A stretch of 64,000 nt of DNA, from NCBI GenBank assembly GCA_046484055.1, contig JAWOBY010000066.1:18928-82927 (forward strand). The letters run 5' to 3'. The translations under genes and the position numbers were made by a program. Of this stretch, positions 30,380 through 40,355 are shown in pieces (position 1 is the first letter of the stretch; each line of letters opens with the position of its first letter). This DNA comes from Candidatus Woesearchaeota archaeon (GTDB lineage: Archaea; Nanobdellota; Nanobdellia; Woesearchaeales; UBA12501). The notes below the pieces were generated by a model, which saw nothing but the letters and a program-made list of their open reading frames with translations, ran no database searches and was not told where the DNA came from.

Positions 30380-30620
30380 CACTTTATTCACTTTTTGGGT
30401 CACCCCTTGATTTCATGTGGAGATTGGGGTAATAAAAAAATGTTTTATTAATTATTATTTTATTATTAATTAATTATTATTTTCTATATAGTAAATATAT
30501 AATATAAAAATAATAATAAAAAGAAAATGATTAAATAAATAATAATAGGCCCTTCCAGTGGAAATAATGGGGTCTGGGTTCTTTAGTTTCATAAAAAACT
30601 CTGTGGGGTCTTTATAGGAC
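30380..30620. promoter_or_regulatory. Putative chromosomal replication origin (oriC): AT-rich unwinding element flanked by ORB-like elements, upstream of orc1/cdc6
   Basis: A very AT-rich core spans 30431-30548. ORB-like TTCCAGTGGAAATAATGGGGTC lies at 30553-30574. A second, degenerate copy CATGTGGAGATTGGGGT lies at 30414-30430, preceded by CACCCC. It sits immediately upstream of orc1/cdc6. Confidence 0.6.
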
Positions 30621-30892
30621 AGACATTCGATGGGTATTCTCTTGCTGTTATGATATCACTTATAAAATTATAATAGTTTTTGGCCTTTATTTCAGGATTT
30701 CATTATTCTGACAGCGTATTTCATCATATTTTATCCCGCAGCCCATCCTTCATGCCCTTTTATAATATCTATCAAAAAATATATCTTCCATGACAAAAGC
30801 ATTTATTAAAGAGGGGTCATATGTCTTTAAGACCTTCTTTTCGTATGGAATTTGGGGCAGTGGGATATTTTTTAATTTAAAAAGGTGATTTT

Positions 30893-32101
30893 GTGGTAAA
30901 GGGAGCTAAAGACTATCTTGAGACCTACATGAACCGGAAATCGCTTTTCAATGATAAAAGCGCTTTACAGCCCAATTTCTTCCCTAAGAACGTAAAGCAC
31001 AGGGAGAATGAGGTAGAGCAGGTGACCAAGATTCTTGCCCCATCTCTGCGGATGAATAAACCATCCAATATCTTCCTGTACGGCAAGACAGGCACAGGGA
31101 AGACCCTCTGCGCAGGGCATGTAGCTGACCAGATTAGGGAGATCGCAAGGAAGAACAGCCTCCCGATAAATATAATATACATAAATTGCAAGCTGAAGAA
31201 GGTGACTGATACAGAATACAGGCTCATGGCCCAAGTGAGCCGTGAACTGGGGAAGGAGATACCTGCCACTGGCCTCCCCACAGATGAGGTATATAAGACA
31301 TTCTACGATGTCATTGATGAAAAAAAGCAGGTGCTGATACTTGTCCTTGATGAGATAGATCAGCTGGTCAAGAAGATAGGGGATGATATCCTCTACAACC
31401 TGACAAGGATAAACTCCGAGCTGAAGAACGCGCAGGTTTCTGTCCTGGGCATATCTAATGACCTTGTCTTTGCTGACAACCTTGATCCAAGGGTCAAGAG
31501 CTCCCTGTCAGAGGAGGAAATCATGTTCTACCCCTACAATGCCCTGCAGATACAGGATATACTGCGGGAGAGATCAGCAGCAGCATTCAATGAAGGGGCC
31601 CTGAGTTCAGGTGTTATAGAGAAATGCGCGGCCTACGCGGCCAGGGAGCATGGTGATGCGAGAAGGGCGCTTGAACTCTTGAGGACATCGGGTGAGCTTG
31701 CGGACAGGGAAGGAGAGGACAAGGTTGAACTCAAGCACATAGACCAGGCAGAGGAGAAGCTGGAGAGGGACAGGGTGGTGGATATAGTGCTTGCACAGCC
31801 TAAACAGTTCCAGGCCACGCTTTACGCGATACTATCAATCATGCCCGGCAAGGGCGGTGAGATATCAACAGGCGCGATATATGATTTTTACAGGAAACTC
31901 TGCTCCAAAACAGGGCTTAGGCCCTTGACACAGAGAAGAATATCTGATGTGGTGGCTGAACTCGACATGTTCGGCGTGATAAACGCGAAAGTCAGGTCAA
32001 AAGGCAGATACGGCAGGACAAGAGAGATAACCCTCGCTTTCCAGGAGGATATAATCCCAAAAATAAAGGAAATACTCATCTCGGATCTCGGCCTCAAATA
32101 G
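30893..32101 (+). CDS. orc1: Orc1/Cdc6 origin recognition / replication initiation protein
   Basis: AAA+ Walker A GKTGTGKT, Walker B LVLDEID. C-terminal winged helix. GTG start in the track; an alternative ATG lies at 30929. Confidence 0.9.
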   Translation: MVKGAKDYLETYMNRKSLFNDKSALQPNFFPKNVKHRENEVEQVTKILAPSLRMNKPSNIFLYGKTGTGKTLCAGHVADQIREIARKNSLPINIIYINCKLKKVTDTEYRLMAQVSRELGKEIPATGLPTDEVYKTFYDVIDEKKQVLILVLDEIDQLVKKIGDDILYNLTRINSELKNAQVSVLGISNDLVFADNLDPRVKSSLSEEEIMFYPYNALQIQDILRERSAAAFNEGALSSGVIEKCAAYAAREHGDARRALELLRTSGELADREGEDKVELKHIDQAEEKLERDRVVDIVLAQPKQFQATLYAILSIMPGKGGEISTGAIYDFYRKLCSKTGLRPLTQRRISDVVAELDMFGVINAKVRSKGRYGRTREITLAFQEDIIPKIKEILISDLGLK

Positions 32102-32193
32102 GTTGGTCTGATTGGGGGGGGGTTGATTGAGGGCATAAATTGAGGATGTAACATGGCCTGAGCATATGCCGGAAGACAGCTAAAACAGTCAAA

Positions 32194-33864
32194 ATGGAAC
32201 AGGAATTTATGAGGAAAAGGGAGGCGGTGCATTTCTTCCTTGAAAGGAACCTGCTGTTATCCCCTGACATGGTCAAAAATTTCAGCAGCAGCTTCGGCAG
32301 AGAGGAATTCGAAGGATTATACAACTTCATAACGGACAAGTTAAAAGAGAAGAGGGAGAATGAGAACAAGGAAGGGGGGCTTCTCTTCGTAAACCATGAT
32401 ATAATCGAAGCAGCCAACAATCTTGAAGGGCTGGACTTCAACTGGGAGGACATAGAACGGTCAAGGGTGATGTATGAGAAGGATATCAACAGGACCACGT
32501 ACCTGCAGTTCCTTGAGAGTTTTAAGGAGGACATATTAGAGAAGTACAGCCCGCAGGGCGATCCTGAGGGGGGCGCAAGGGAGCTGGGAGGCAGTGAGGG
32601 CCTGCAGGACAAAGGTGTTAAGGTGGTGTCCTCTTATGATGAGGAGATAAAGAAAAAGGAGATACAGGATTTTGTCTGTTATTTCAACATGAGGTACAGT
32701 GCAATAAAGGGGATTCTCGAGAACAGGCAGGAGCTGCAACAGGCGGTTTCGATCAACAGGGTGCAGGGAATGAAAGAGAAGGGGTCTGTGGCGTTGATAG
32801 GTCTCGTGACAGAAAAATCCCTCACAAAGAACAATAACTATATTGTGACTCTGGAGGATCCGACAGGGACGATAAAGGTTCTGATAAACAAGAATAAACC
32901 TGAGACATACGAGTTGGCGCGGGAGCTGGTGCTTGACGAAGTGGTGGGGATTGCAGGAGCCAACGGGGACAATATTGTATTCGCGAACTCTCTCATCCTG
33001 CCTGACATACCCCTGCATAAGGAGATGAAGAGATCGCCCGAGGAGGAGTATGCCATCTTCCTTTCAGACATGCATGTCGGCAGCAACAATTTTCTGCCGG
33101 ATAACTTCAACAAATTCCTTGACTGGATAAACCAGAAAAGCGGTAATGATGCACAGAAGGAGATGGCATCTAAAGTGAAATACATCCTGATAATGGGAGA
33201 CCTTGTTGATGGTGTCGGGATATACCCCTCCCAGAACGAAGAGTTGGAGATAATGGACATATACGAGCAGTACAACGAATGCGCGAAATTGCTTGAAAGG
33301 ATACCCCCCCGCATACAGATAGTGATCTGCCCCGGCAACCACGATGCCATGAGGCTTTCCGAACCCCAGCCCCCCCTCTACAAGGATTTTGCAAAGGCAT
33401 TGTGGGAGCTCCCCAATGTGACTCTGGTGAGCAACCCATCTATGGTTAATATAGGGGCCACAGATGATTTTCCTGGTTTCGATATCCTAATGTACCACGG
33501 CTACAGCTTTGATTATTTTGTAGCTAATGTTGACTCTATACGCGAGGGAGGGGGGTACAACCGGGCGGACCTTATAATGAAATTCCTACTCCAGAGAAGG
33601 CATCTGGCCCCCTCGCATTCAGCCACTCTCTACATGCCTGACATCAATAAAGATCCGCTTGTCATCGATAAGATACCTGACTTTTTTGCTACAGGGCATA
33701 TCCACAAGGCCGCAGCAGCGAATTACAGGAACATAACAATGATATGCGGCTCATGCTGGCAGTCCAAGACATCCTTTCAGGAGAAAGTCGGCCACGAGCC
33801 TGAGCCGGCCAGGGTCCCCATGGTGAATCTCCAGACAAGACAGATGAAAATGCTGAAATTTTAA
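32194..33864 (+). CDS. DNA polymerase II (PolD) small subunit DP1
   Basis: OB domain. Calcineurin-like phosphoesterase motifs DMHVGS, GDLVDG and GNHD. 556 aa. Confidence 0.9.
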   Translation: MEQEFMRKREAVHFFLERNLLLSPDMVKNFSSSFGREEFEGLYNFITDKLKEKRENENKEGGLLFVNHDIIEAANNLEGLDFNWEDIERSRVMYEKDINRTTYLQFLESFKEDILEKYSPQGDPEGGARELGGSEGLQDKGVKVVSSYDEEIKKKEIQDFVCYFNMRYSAIKGILENRQELQQAVSINRVQGMKEKGSVALIGLVTEKSLTKNNNYIVTLEDPTGTIKVLINKNKPETYELARELVLDEVVGIAGANGDNIVFANSLILPDIPLHKEMKRSPEEEYAIFLSDMHVGSNNFLPDNFNKFLDWINQKSGNDAQKEMASKVKYILIMGDLVDGVGIYPSQNEELEIMDIYEQYNECAKLLERIPPRIQIVICPGNHDAMRLSEPQPPLYKDFAKALWELPNVTLVSNPSMVNIGATDDFPGFDILMYHGYSFDYFVANVDSIREGGGYNRADLIMKFLLQRRHLAPSHSATLYMPDINKDPLVIDKIPDFFATGHIHKAAAANYRNITMICGSCWQSKTSFQEKVGHEPEPARVPMVNLQTRQMKMLKF

Positions 33865-33918
33865 TATGTGCTGTTTATAGACCATACCATTCAAACATGA
33901 AAAAATGAGAGGACAAAA

Positions 33919-34638
33919 ATGAAGCAGAAAGCCATAATATTTGATTTTGATGACACTCTTGTTATGACCAAAGAGATATCCATAAACAAGCACAAAGAGG
34001 CTGCCAGACGGCTTGGCATAAGTTTCGATGAGAACGAGCTCATCAAGAGGTGGGGTATGCCATGGCCCGCTCTTCTTCACGAGTTCATGGGCGACCGGAC
34101 TGAAGAATTCATCAGTATGATGGGAGGGATGGACGAGTTCAGGATCAGGAGATTCAAAGGCGCAAACAAGGCGATATCAGAAGCAAGGGGGAAGGGAGCG
34201 CTACTCGGCATACTCTCATCAAGCGAAAGAGATTGGATTCTGCAGAAGTCAAAAGACGCGGGCATAAGGCTGGATCTCTTTGAAGGGGACCTTGTCTTCT
34301 CCAGTGAGGATGTGAGGAGACACAAGCCGCATCCCAAATCCTTTGAGGTGATCATCGATAAGCTGAAGGTGAAAGGCATATCAAAAAGCGAGATCACATA
34401 CTGCGGCGACAGCCTGATGGACTTCAGGACCTCCTCTGCCGCAGGCGTGAATTTCATTGCAGTCACCACCGGCTTCGCAACAACTGAGGATTTCATCAGA
34501 GAGGGGGTGGAAAGAGAGAACATAATCGATTCAATCGCCGGCCTTCCGGAAATATTAGATAAATCAGAGGGATCATGCGGCACGGAAGAGGGGGGAACCC
34601 TTCCTACTGCGGCAGCTGAAAGCCAGGGAGGTAAATAA
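33919..34638 (+). CDS. HAD-superfamily hydrolase (phosphatase-like)
   Basis: Motif I IIFDFDDTL. C-terminal GDSLMD. Its stop overlaps the DP2 start codon. Confidence 0.65.
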   Translation: MKQKAIIFDFDDTLVMTKEISINKHKEAARRLGISFDENELIKRWGMPWPALLHEFMGDRTEEFISMMGGMDEFRIRRFKGANKAISEARGKGALLGILSSSERDWILQKSKDAGIRLDLFEGDLVFSSEDVRRHKPHPKSFEVIIDKLKVKGISKSEITYCGDSLMDFRTSSAAGVNFIAVTTGFATTEDFIREGVERENIIDSIAGLPEILDKSEGSCGTEEGGTLPTAAAESQGGK

Positions 34639-37600
34639 TGGGTGAGACCACAAGCGCCAGCCCGGCCATGAACGCTTATTTTGAATCATTGTACAAGGAG
34701 CTGGACAAGGAATATGCTATAGCTGAAAAAGCCAGGAAGAAAGGCTATGATCCCGAGGAGAGGGTGGATGTGCCTCTCGCAAGAAACATGGCTGAGAGGG
34801 TTGAGGGACTGATATCTGCGGAGGCCCCGGAGATTACCGGCAAGGGCATGACTGAAAGGATTCAGGAGCTGGAGAACCAATACGGTGCGCTTGCCTGGGA
34901 GGTCGCCCTGATAATCGCGGAAGAGGTGGCGAAGGAGAAATTCTGCAAATTTGAGGACAGGAAAAAGGCGATAGAGACCAGCATAAGAGTAGGGATGGCC
35001 TACTCCACAGCAGGAATCGTTGCGGCCCCCCTTGAGGGTTTTGTGGAGATAAGGTTCAAGAAGAGGAAGGATGGCAATGAATACCTGGCATTGTGTTATG
35101 CGGGGCCCATAAGGGGTGCGGGCGGCACAGCGGCCGCATTCTCTGTTCTGATCGCTGATTATGTGAGAGGGAAGCTCGGTTACGCGGGTTATGATCCTGA
35201 TGAGTCAGAGATAAAAAGGTTCTCCACTGAGATCGATGATTATCATGAGAGAGTGACCAACCTCCAGTACCACCCCACGAATGAGGAGGTTGAGTTCCTT
35301 GTCAGGAACCTTCAGGTTGAGGTTGATGGTGATCCGACTGAGCAGATAACAGTCTCCAATCATAAAGGTCTTGACAGGATAGTTACAGACCGGATAAGGG
35401 GTGGTGTCTGCCTTGTGCTTGCGGAAGGACTTGCCCAGAAAGCACCCAAGCTCTGGAAGAGACTGAAGCAGTGGGGCGGCAAGTTTGACCTTGAATGGGG
35501 GTTTCTGGAGGAATTCCTTGACATTCAGAAGAAGATAAAAGGAAAGCTTGAAACCAAGGAGGGGAAGAAACTCACACCCAATTATGTCTACATCACTGAT
35601 CTTGTGGCCGGCAGGCCCGTCCTCACACACCCGATGAAGGCAGGCGGTTTCAGGCTCCGTTACGGCAGGAGCAGGACATCAGGATTCTCCGCATGTTCAA
35701 TCCATCCGGCCACCCAGCTTGTGCTCAACAAATACATCGCCACAGGCACACAGATAAAGGTTGAGAGGCCCGGCAAAGCGGCGGCGGTGACAGTATGCGA
35801 TACCATAGAAGGCCCGATAGTAAAGCTTGAAAGCGGTAAAGTGGTACAGCTTAAGTCCGGAGAGGATTTCAGGATGTTAGGTGAGAAGATAACAGAGATA
35901 TTATTCCTGGGGGACATACTGTTCAATTACGGGGATTTTTCAGAGAACAATCACATGCTCGTCCCTCCTGGTTATTGTGAGGAGTGGTATCTCAAGGAGC
36001 TGGAAAAGGGGATGGTGGATAATTTCGGAACAATAGATATTGAGAAGCTTTCACATATGGCAGGCGTTGAGCCCGGGAAGATAAAGGGTTTTTTCAGCGA
36101 TCCCCACCGCAACACCCCTGCCTTTGATGACGTTCTTGCGTTGTCCAAATCCCTCAATGTTCCCCTCCACCCTGCATACACCTATTACTGGAGTACGATA
36201 GGAAAGGATGATTACATCTCACTCATGGAATGGCTGATGAAATGCAAGATCGAGAGGAAGGGGGGCGCATGCAAGATGATCATCCCCTCTGATGATGCAG
36301 GGAAAAGGACTCTCGAGCTTGTGGGGGTGCCTCACACTCTCGCTTCCAATGAATTCGTGGTCATCGAGGATGAGCACTCAAAAGCGCTCATGGCCAACAT
36401 CGGCGCGGGGGAAGACGGGTCCGGAATACAATCAGCGATCCAGAAAGCGCATGAAGCCGGAACCGATGATGTGCTGGAGATAATCAACAAGACCGCAGGA
36501 GTAAGGATAAGGGACAAGGCGGGAACATTCATAGGCGCCAGGATGGGCAGACCTGAAAAGGCAAAGATGAGAAAGCTCACCGGCAGCCCGCAGGTCCTCT
36601 TTCCTGTAGGTGAGGAAGGGGGCAGGCTCAGGTGCTTCCAGTCCGCATTAGAGAAAGGGCAGATAACCGCTGATTTCCCTGTATACAAGTGCAACCAATG
36701 CGAAAAAGAGACGATATACAGGATCTGCGAATCATGCGGTAACAGGGCCACAAGAATATACAATTGCAGGACGTGCGGGCCTAAAGAGACCAGCGAATGC
36801 CCCGCTCACGGGGAGACTGACGCTTACACCAGGAAGAGTATAGACATAAAGCATTTCTTCAACTCAAGCCTCAAGATGCTGGGCATGAGAAGCTACCCTG
36901 ACCTGATAAAGGGTGTGAAAGGGACGTCCAATAAGGACCACACACCTGAACATCTTGCCAAAGGGCTGTTGAGGGCCAAACATGAGATATATGTCAATAA
37001 GGACGGCACGACACGTTACGACATGACCGAACTGCCCATAACCCATTTCAAGCCCAAGGAGATAAAGACATCAATTGAGAAGCTGAAAGAGCTCGGTTAT
37101 GAGAAGGACATAAGGGGCATGCCGCTTGAGGATGAGGAGCAGGTGCTTGAGCTCAAACCCCAGGACCTGATACTCCCCTCCACACAGTATTCCATGGATG
37201 AGGCCGCGGATGAGATACTTTACAGGACAGCCAATTTTGTTGATGACCTCCTGAGGAACTTTTACGGGCTTAAGCCGTACTATGATCTCAAGAGCAAACA
37301 AGGGGTGGTCGGGAGGCTTGTTATAGGCCTCGCCCCCCACATCTCAGCAGGGATAATAGGGAGAGTGATAGGATTCTCTGAGACGCAGGGGTGCTGCACC
37401 CATCCATTATGGCATGCAGCTATGAGGCGTGACTGCGATGGTGATGAAGCCTGCGTCATGCTCCTTATGGATGCGCTGCTGAACTTCTCCAGGCAATACC
37501 TGCCTGACAAGAGGGGGGGCAGGACAATGGACAGCCCTCTTGTCCTCACAGCAACAGTAGTGCCGAGCGAGGTCGATGACATGGTCCACGGACTGGACAT

Positions 37601-38186
37601 TGTATATGATTATCCGCTTGAATTCTATGAGGCCGCCCTCAGCTACAAATACCCTTATGAAGTGGATGTGGAGCAGCTGAAGAAACGCCTCAGCACCGAG
37701 GGGCAGTATGAAGGCCTCGGTTTCACACACGACACCAGCAATATCAACGCAGGAGTCAACTGCTCATCCTACAAGACCCTGCCGTCAATGGAGGAAAAAC
37801 TGAAGGGGCAGATGGAGCTTGCGGAAAGGATAAGGGCTGTTGATGAGGCGGATGTGGCAAGGCTTGTCATAGAAAAGCACTTCCTGAAGGATACCAAGGG
37901 TAATCTGAGAAAGTTTTCCATGCAGGAATTCAGGTGCTCAAAATGCAACGAGAAATTCAGGAGGCCGCCTCTGCTGGGCAGGTGCACCAACTGCGGGGGC
38001 AACATCATCTTCACAATATCAGAGGGTTCTGTCATAAAATACCTTGAGCCATCCGTAAGCCTGGCTAACAAGTACAATGTGCCCCCATACCTGAAGCAGT
38101 CCCTCGAACTCGTCAAGAGGAGGGTCGAGGGTGTGTTCGGAAGAGAGAAAGAGGTGCAGAAGGGACTGGGGGCCTGGTTCGGCTGA
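34638..38186 (+). CDS. DNA polymerase II (PolD) large subunit DP2
   Basis: 1182 aa. Conserved DP2 blocks. Zn-finger cysteines (CNQCEKE...CESCG, CSKCNEKF...CTNCG). No intein. Confidence 0.9.
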   Translation: MGETTSASPAMNAYFESLYKELDKEYAIAEKARKKGYDPEERVDVPLARNMAERVEGLISAEAPEITGKGMTERIQELENQYGALAWEVALIIAEEVAKEKFCKFEDRKKAIETSIRVGMAYSTAGIVAAPLEGFVEIRFKKRKDGNEYLALCYAGPIRGAGGTAAAFSVLIADYVRGKLGYAGYDPDESEIKRFSTEIDDYHERVTNLQYHPTNEEVEFLVRNLQVEVDGDPTEQITVSNHKGLDRIVTDRIRGGVCLVLAEGLAQKAPKLWKRLKQWGGKFDLEWGFLEEFLDIQKKIKGKLETKEGKKLTPNYVYITDLVAGRPVLTHPMKAGGFRLRYGRSRTSGFSACSIHPATQLVLNKYIATGTQIKVERPGKAAAVTVCDTIEGPIVKLESGKVVQLKSGEDFRMLGEKITEILFLGDILFNYGDFSENNHMLVPPGYCEEWYLKELEKGMVDNFGTIDIEKLSHMAGVEPGKIKGFFSDPHRNTPAFDDVLALSKSLNVPLHPAYTYYWSTIGKDDYISLMEWLMKCKIERKGGACKMIIPSDDAGKRTLELVGVPHTLASNEFVVIEDEHSKALMANIGAGEDGSGIQSAIQKAHEAGTDDVLEIINKTAGVRIRDKAGTFIGARMGRPEKAKMRKLTGSPQVLFPVGEEGGRLRCFQSALEKGQITADFPVYKCNQCEKETIYRICESCGNRATRIYNCRTCGPKETSECPAHGETDAYTRKSIDIKHFFNSSLKMLGMRSYPDLIKGVKGTSNKDHTPEHLAKGLLRAKHEIYVNKDGTTRYDMTELPITHFKPKEIKTSIEKLKELGYEKDIRGMPLEDEEQVLELKPQDLILPSTQYSMDEAADEILYRTANFVDDLLRNFYGLKPYYDLKSKQGVVGRLVIGLAPHISAGIIGRVIGFSETQGCCTHPLWHAAMRRDCDGDEACVMLLMDALLNFSRQYLPDKRGGRTMDSPLVLTATVVPSEVDDMVHGLDIVYDYPLEFYEAALSYKYPYEVDVEQLKKRLSTEGQYEGLGFTHDTSNINAGVNCSSYKTLPSMEEKLKGQMELAERIRAVDEADVARLVIEKHFLKDTKGNLRKFSMQEFRCSKCNEKFRRPPLLGRCTNCGGNIIFTISEGSVIKYLEPSVSLANKYNVPPYLKQSLELVKRRVEGVFGREKEVQKGLGAWFG

Positions 38187-38435
38187 TCATCCTGCTGATG
38201 GAAAAAACTATATTAGGGGTATAGCTGGAAAAGGGCATGAGAAATGAACAGGCAGGGTGCGACTGCGATGGCCGTTTCCTGGAATACTGGACAAAATACA
38301 CTCACGATATTGAGGAGATGAAGAGCAAATCGGGGGGTGCTGAGGGGGATGGAGGCGACAATGTTGTCGCTGAAGCCTCCGGCGGGCCAGGTGGAGAGAC
38401 ATGATACATCATGAACACTGCATCTTGTTTGGAGG

Positions 38436-38738
38436 TTAATCCTCCTTCATCAGCATACACTGCGCGTGGGGGATTCCTTTTATTCTTATTATGTTCTTCT
38501 CGTCCACAAGCTTCCTGTCTGTAAAGAATTTTACCGATTCCTCACCGGTTATGTTGACAGAACAAGGCCCCTTCAGCTCATTCTCAAGCTTCTCCTCAGC
38601 CATCTCCTCCCCATTATAGAATGGGGATCCCAGGTCGAGCTGGAGTTCCCCTTCCTCAAATCTCCTGCCTGCAATGTCAGTGTCGCATACTGCTATGACC
38701 TTCTTCCCGTCCGCTCCCTTATGCACTTTGACTATCAT
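38436..38738 (-). CDS. DUF424-family archaeal protein
   Basis: MIVKVHKGADGKKVIAVCDTDIAGRRFEEGELQLDL pattern typical of DUF424. Confidence 0.5.
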   Translation of the reverse strand: MIVKVHKGADGKKVIAVCDTDIAGRRFEEGELQLDLGSPFYNGEEMAEEKLENELKGPCSVNITGEESVKFFTDRKLVDEKNIIRIKGIPHAQCMLMKED

Positions 38739-38782
38739 TCTTCACACCGCTTCCAGAATTTCATCAGGAGAATATGATTATA

Positions 38783-39190
38783 TCATGTTATGGATTTGAC
38801 AGGATGCTTTGCTCCGCAGGCCATGCATTTGAGGTAAGTCAAATTCTTTTCCTTCTCGAGCTTGGTGTCGGGCTTTCCGCACTGCGGGCAGAGGACGAAT
38901 TCAGCGGCGTATTTCCTTATCTTCTCGTTTATCTTTGAGGCAGGTACCTTTGTCTTGAATATCAACAGTGAGCCTCTCATGTCGCCCGGCGTGGCCAGTT
39001 CTTTCAGAAGGTATTTTATCATGTGGTTGAGGTCCCTGCCGAGTGTGCCTGCTATCTGGCCGAAATTGCTGACAACAGTCTTGTTGCCTTCTATGTGCCC
39101 TTTAACCTTCGGTATCTCGAACCTGCTCTTCTGGATCGCGGATTCAGGCAGTTCACTCATCCCCCTCTCAAGAAGATTCTCGTATTCCAT
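38783..39190 (-). CDS. eif2b: Translation initiation factor 2 beta subunit (aIF2-beta)
   Basis: C-terminal zinc ribbon CPQCGKPDT...CMACG. Start set at the internal MEYENLLERG. Confidence 0.8.
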   Translation of the reverse strand: MEYENLLERGMSELPESAIQKSRFEIPKVKGHIEGNKTVVSNFGQIAGTLGRDLNHMIKYLLKELATPGDMRGSLLIFKTKVPASKINEKIRKYAAEFVLCPQCGKPDTKLEKEKNLTYLKCMACGAKHPVKSIT

Positions 39191-39405
39191 AGTCCCACTT
39201 ATGTGAAGAGGCTTATTTATAATCTTTTTGGTTTCTCTGATCCCTTCTCTCTGGCCCATTTACCATATTCCTCCTCTCTGCCACAACCCCTCATCTCCCT
39301 TCTGACAGCCCCTTTTGGCAGCTTTACAGCGGTCCGGAGACCTGTTGGGTGGCCAGTGCCGAAAAGGGACATTTAAGAAACATTTAAATATGCTTTCTTA
39401 ATTGG

Positions 39406-40269
39406 GTGTGTAAAAAGATGGTGCTGGAATCATTAACAAACCCTTACAATGCAGAGAAGCATCCATGGGAGATGTTCTTCATCGGACTGGTATATTCCAG
39501 TGTTGCGATATTCCTGAGCCTGCAGATATTCGAGAGCATGGCTGGCATGATATCTGTTTTCATAACAGTGATGGCTTCAATACCCATCATGTATTCCACC
39601 ATAAAGTTTGAGGAGAAGAAGGACCTGTCAGGGCTCAAGGAGGTGTTCCTTCTCAAGGAGCATTCGAGGGCGCTCATGCTCTTCACCTTCCTGTTCCTAG
39701 GGGTGATGGTGGCCTATACCTTATGGTATATTTTTCTTCCTGTGGAGAGCGTTCACAATCTTTTCTCGATACAGATAGAGACCATCAGGAACATAAACTC
39801 CAATGTAGTCGGCTATTCCTCATCCATGTACTCCTCATTCCTCAAGATATTCACCAATAATGTCAAGGTATTGATGTTCTGCATACTCTTCGCTTTCTTC
39901 TACGGGGCGGGGGCCATATTCATACTGACATGGAACGCTTCTGTCATAGCTGTTGCGATAGGCACTTTCTTCAGGAACAATATCTCATCCTATGCTCATG
40001 CGGCGGGGCTGCACAAGCTGGGGGGTTACTTCCATATATTCTCAATAAGCTTCCTGAGATACATGGTGCATGGGCTTCCTGAAATCCTGGCCTATTTTGT
40101 CGGCGGCCTTGCGGGAGGCATAATCTCTGTCGCGGTGATAAAGCATGATTTCAGGTCAAAGAACTTTGAGAAGATACTCCTTGACGCTGCGGACCTGATA
40201 CTGATCGCTTTTGCCCTCCTGGTGGTGGGCGGCCTGATCGAGGTTTATATAACTCCCTCTCTGTTCTGA
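39406..40269 (+). CDS. SpoIIM-like (DUF95) integral membrane protein
   Basis: 287 aa with ~6 TM helices. The pattern resembles the stage II sporulation protein M family. Confidence 0.45.
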   Translation: MCKKMVLESLTNPYNAEKHPWEMFFIGLVYSSVAIFLSLQIFESMAGMISVFITVMASIPIMYSTIKFEEKKDLSGLKEVFLLKEHSRALMLFTFLFLGVMVAYTLWYIFLPVESVHNLFSIQIETIRNINSNVVGYSSSMYSSFLKIFTNNVKVLMFCILFAFFYGAGAIFILTWNASVIAVAIGTFFRNNISSYAHAAGLHKLGGYFHIFSISFLRYMVHGLPEILAYFVGGLAGGIISVAVIKHDFRSKNFEKILLDAADLILIAFALLVVGGLIEVYITPSLF

Positions 40270-40355
40270 TCGGACAGGGGTGCTGGCTTGGCAGGGTTGA
40301 TCAGATGAGCAATATGTCAGATAAATAATGCAAGTATGGTCAGAGAATCAGAGTG

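Noticed and set aside
30430-30550. Short AT-rich direct repeats (ATTATT units), considered as a CRISPR or satellite
   Set aside because: No regular repeat-spacer periodicity and no cas genes. Better explained as an origin unwinding element.
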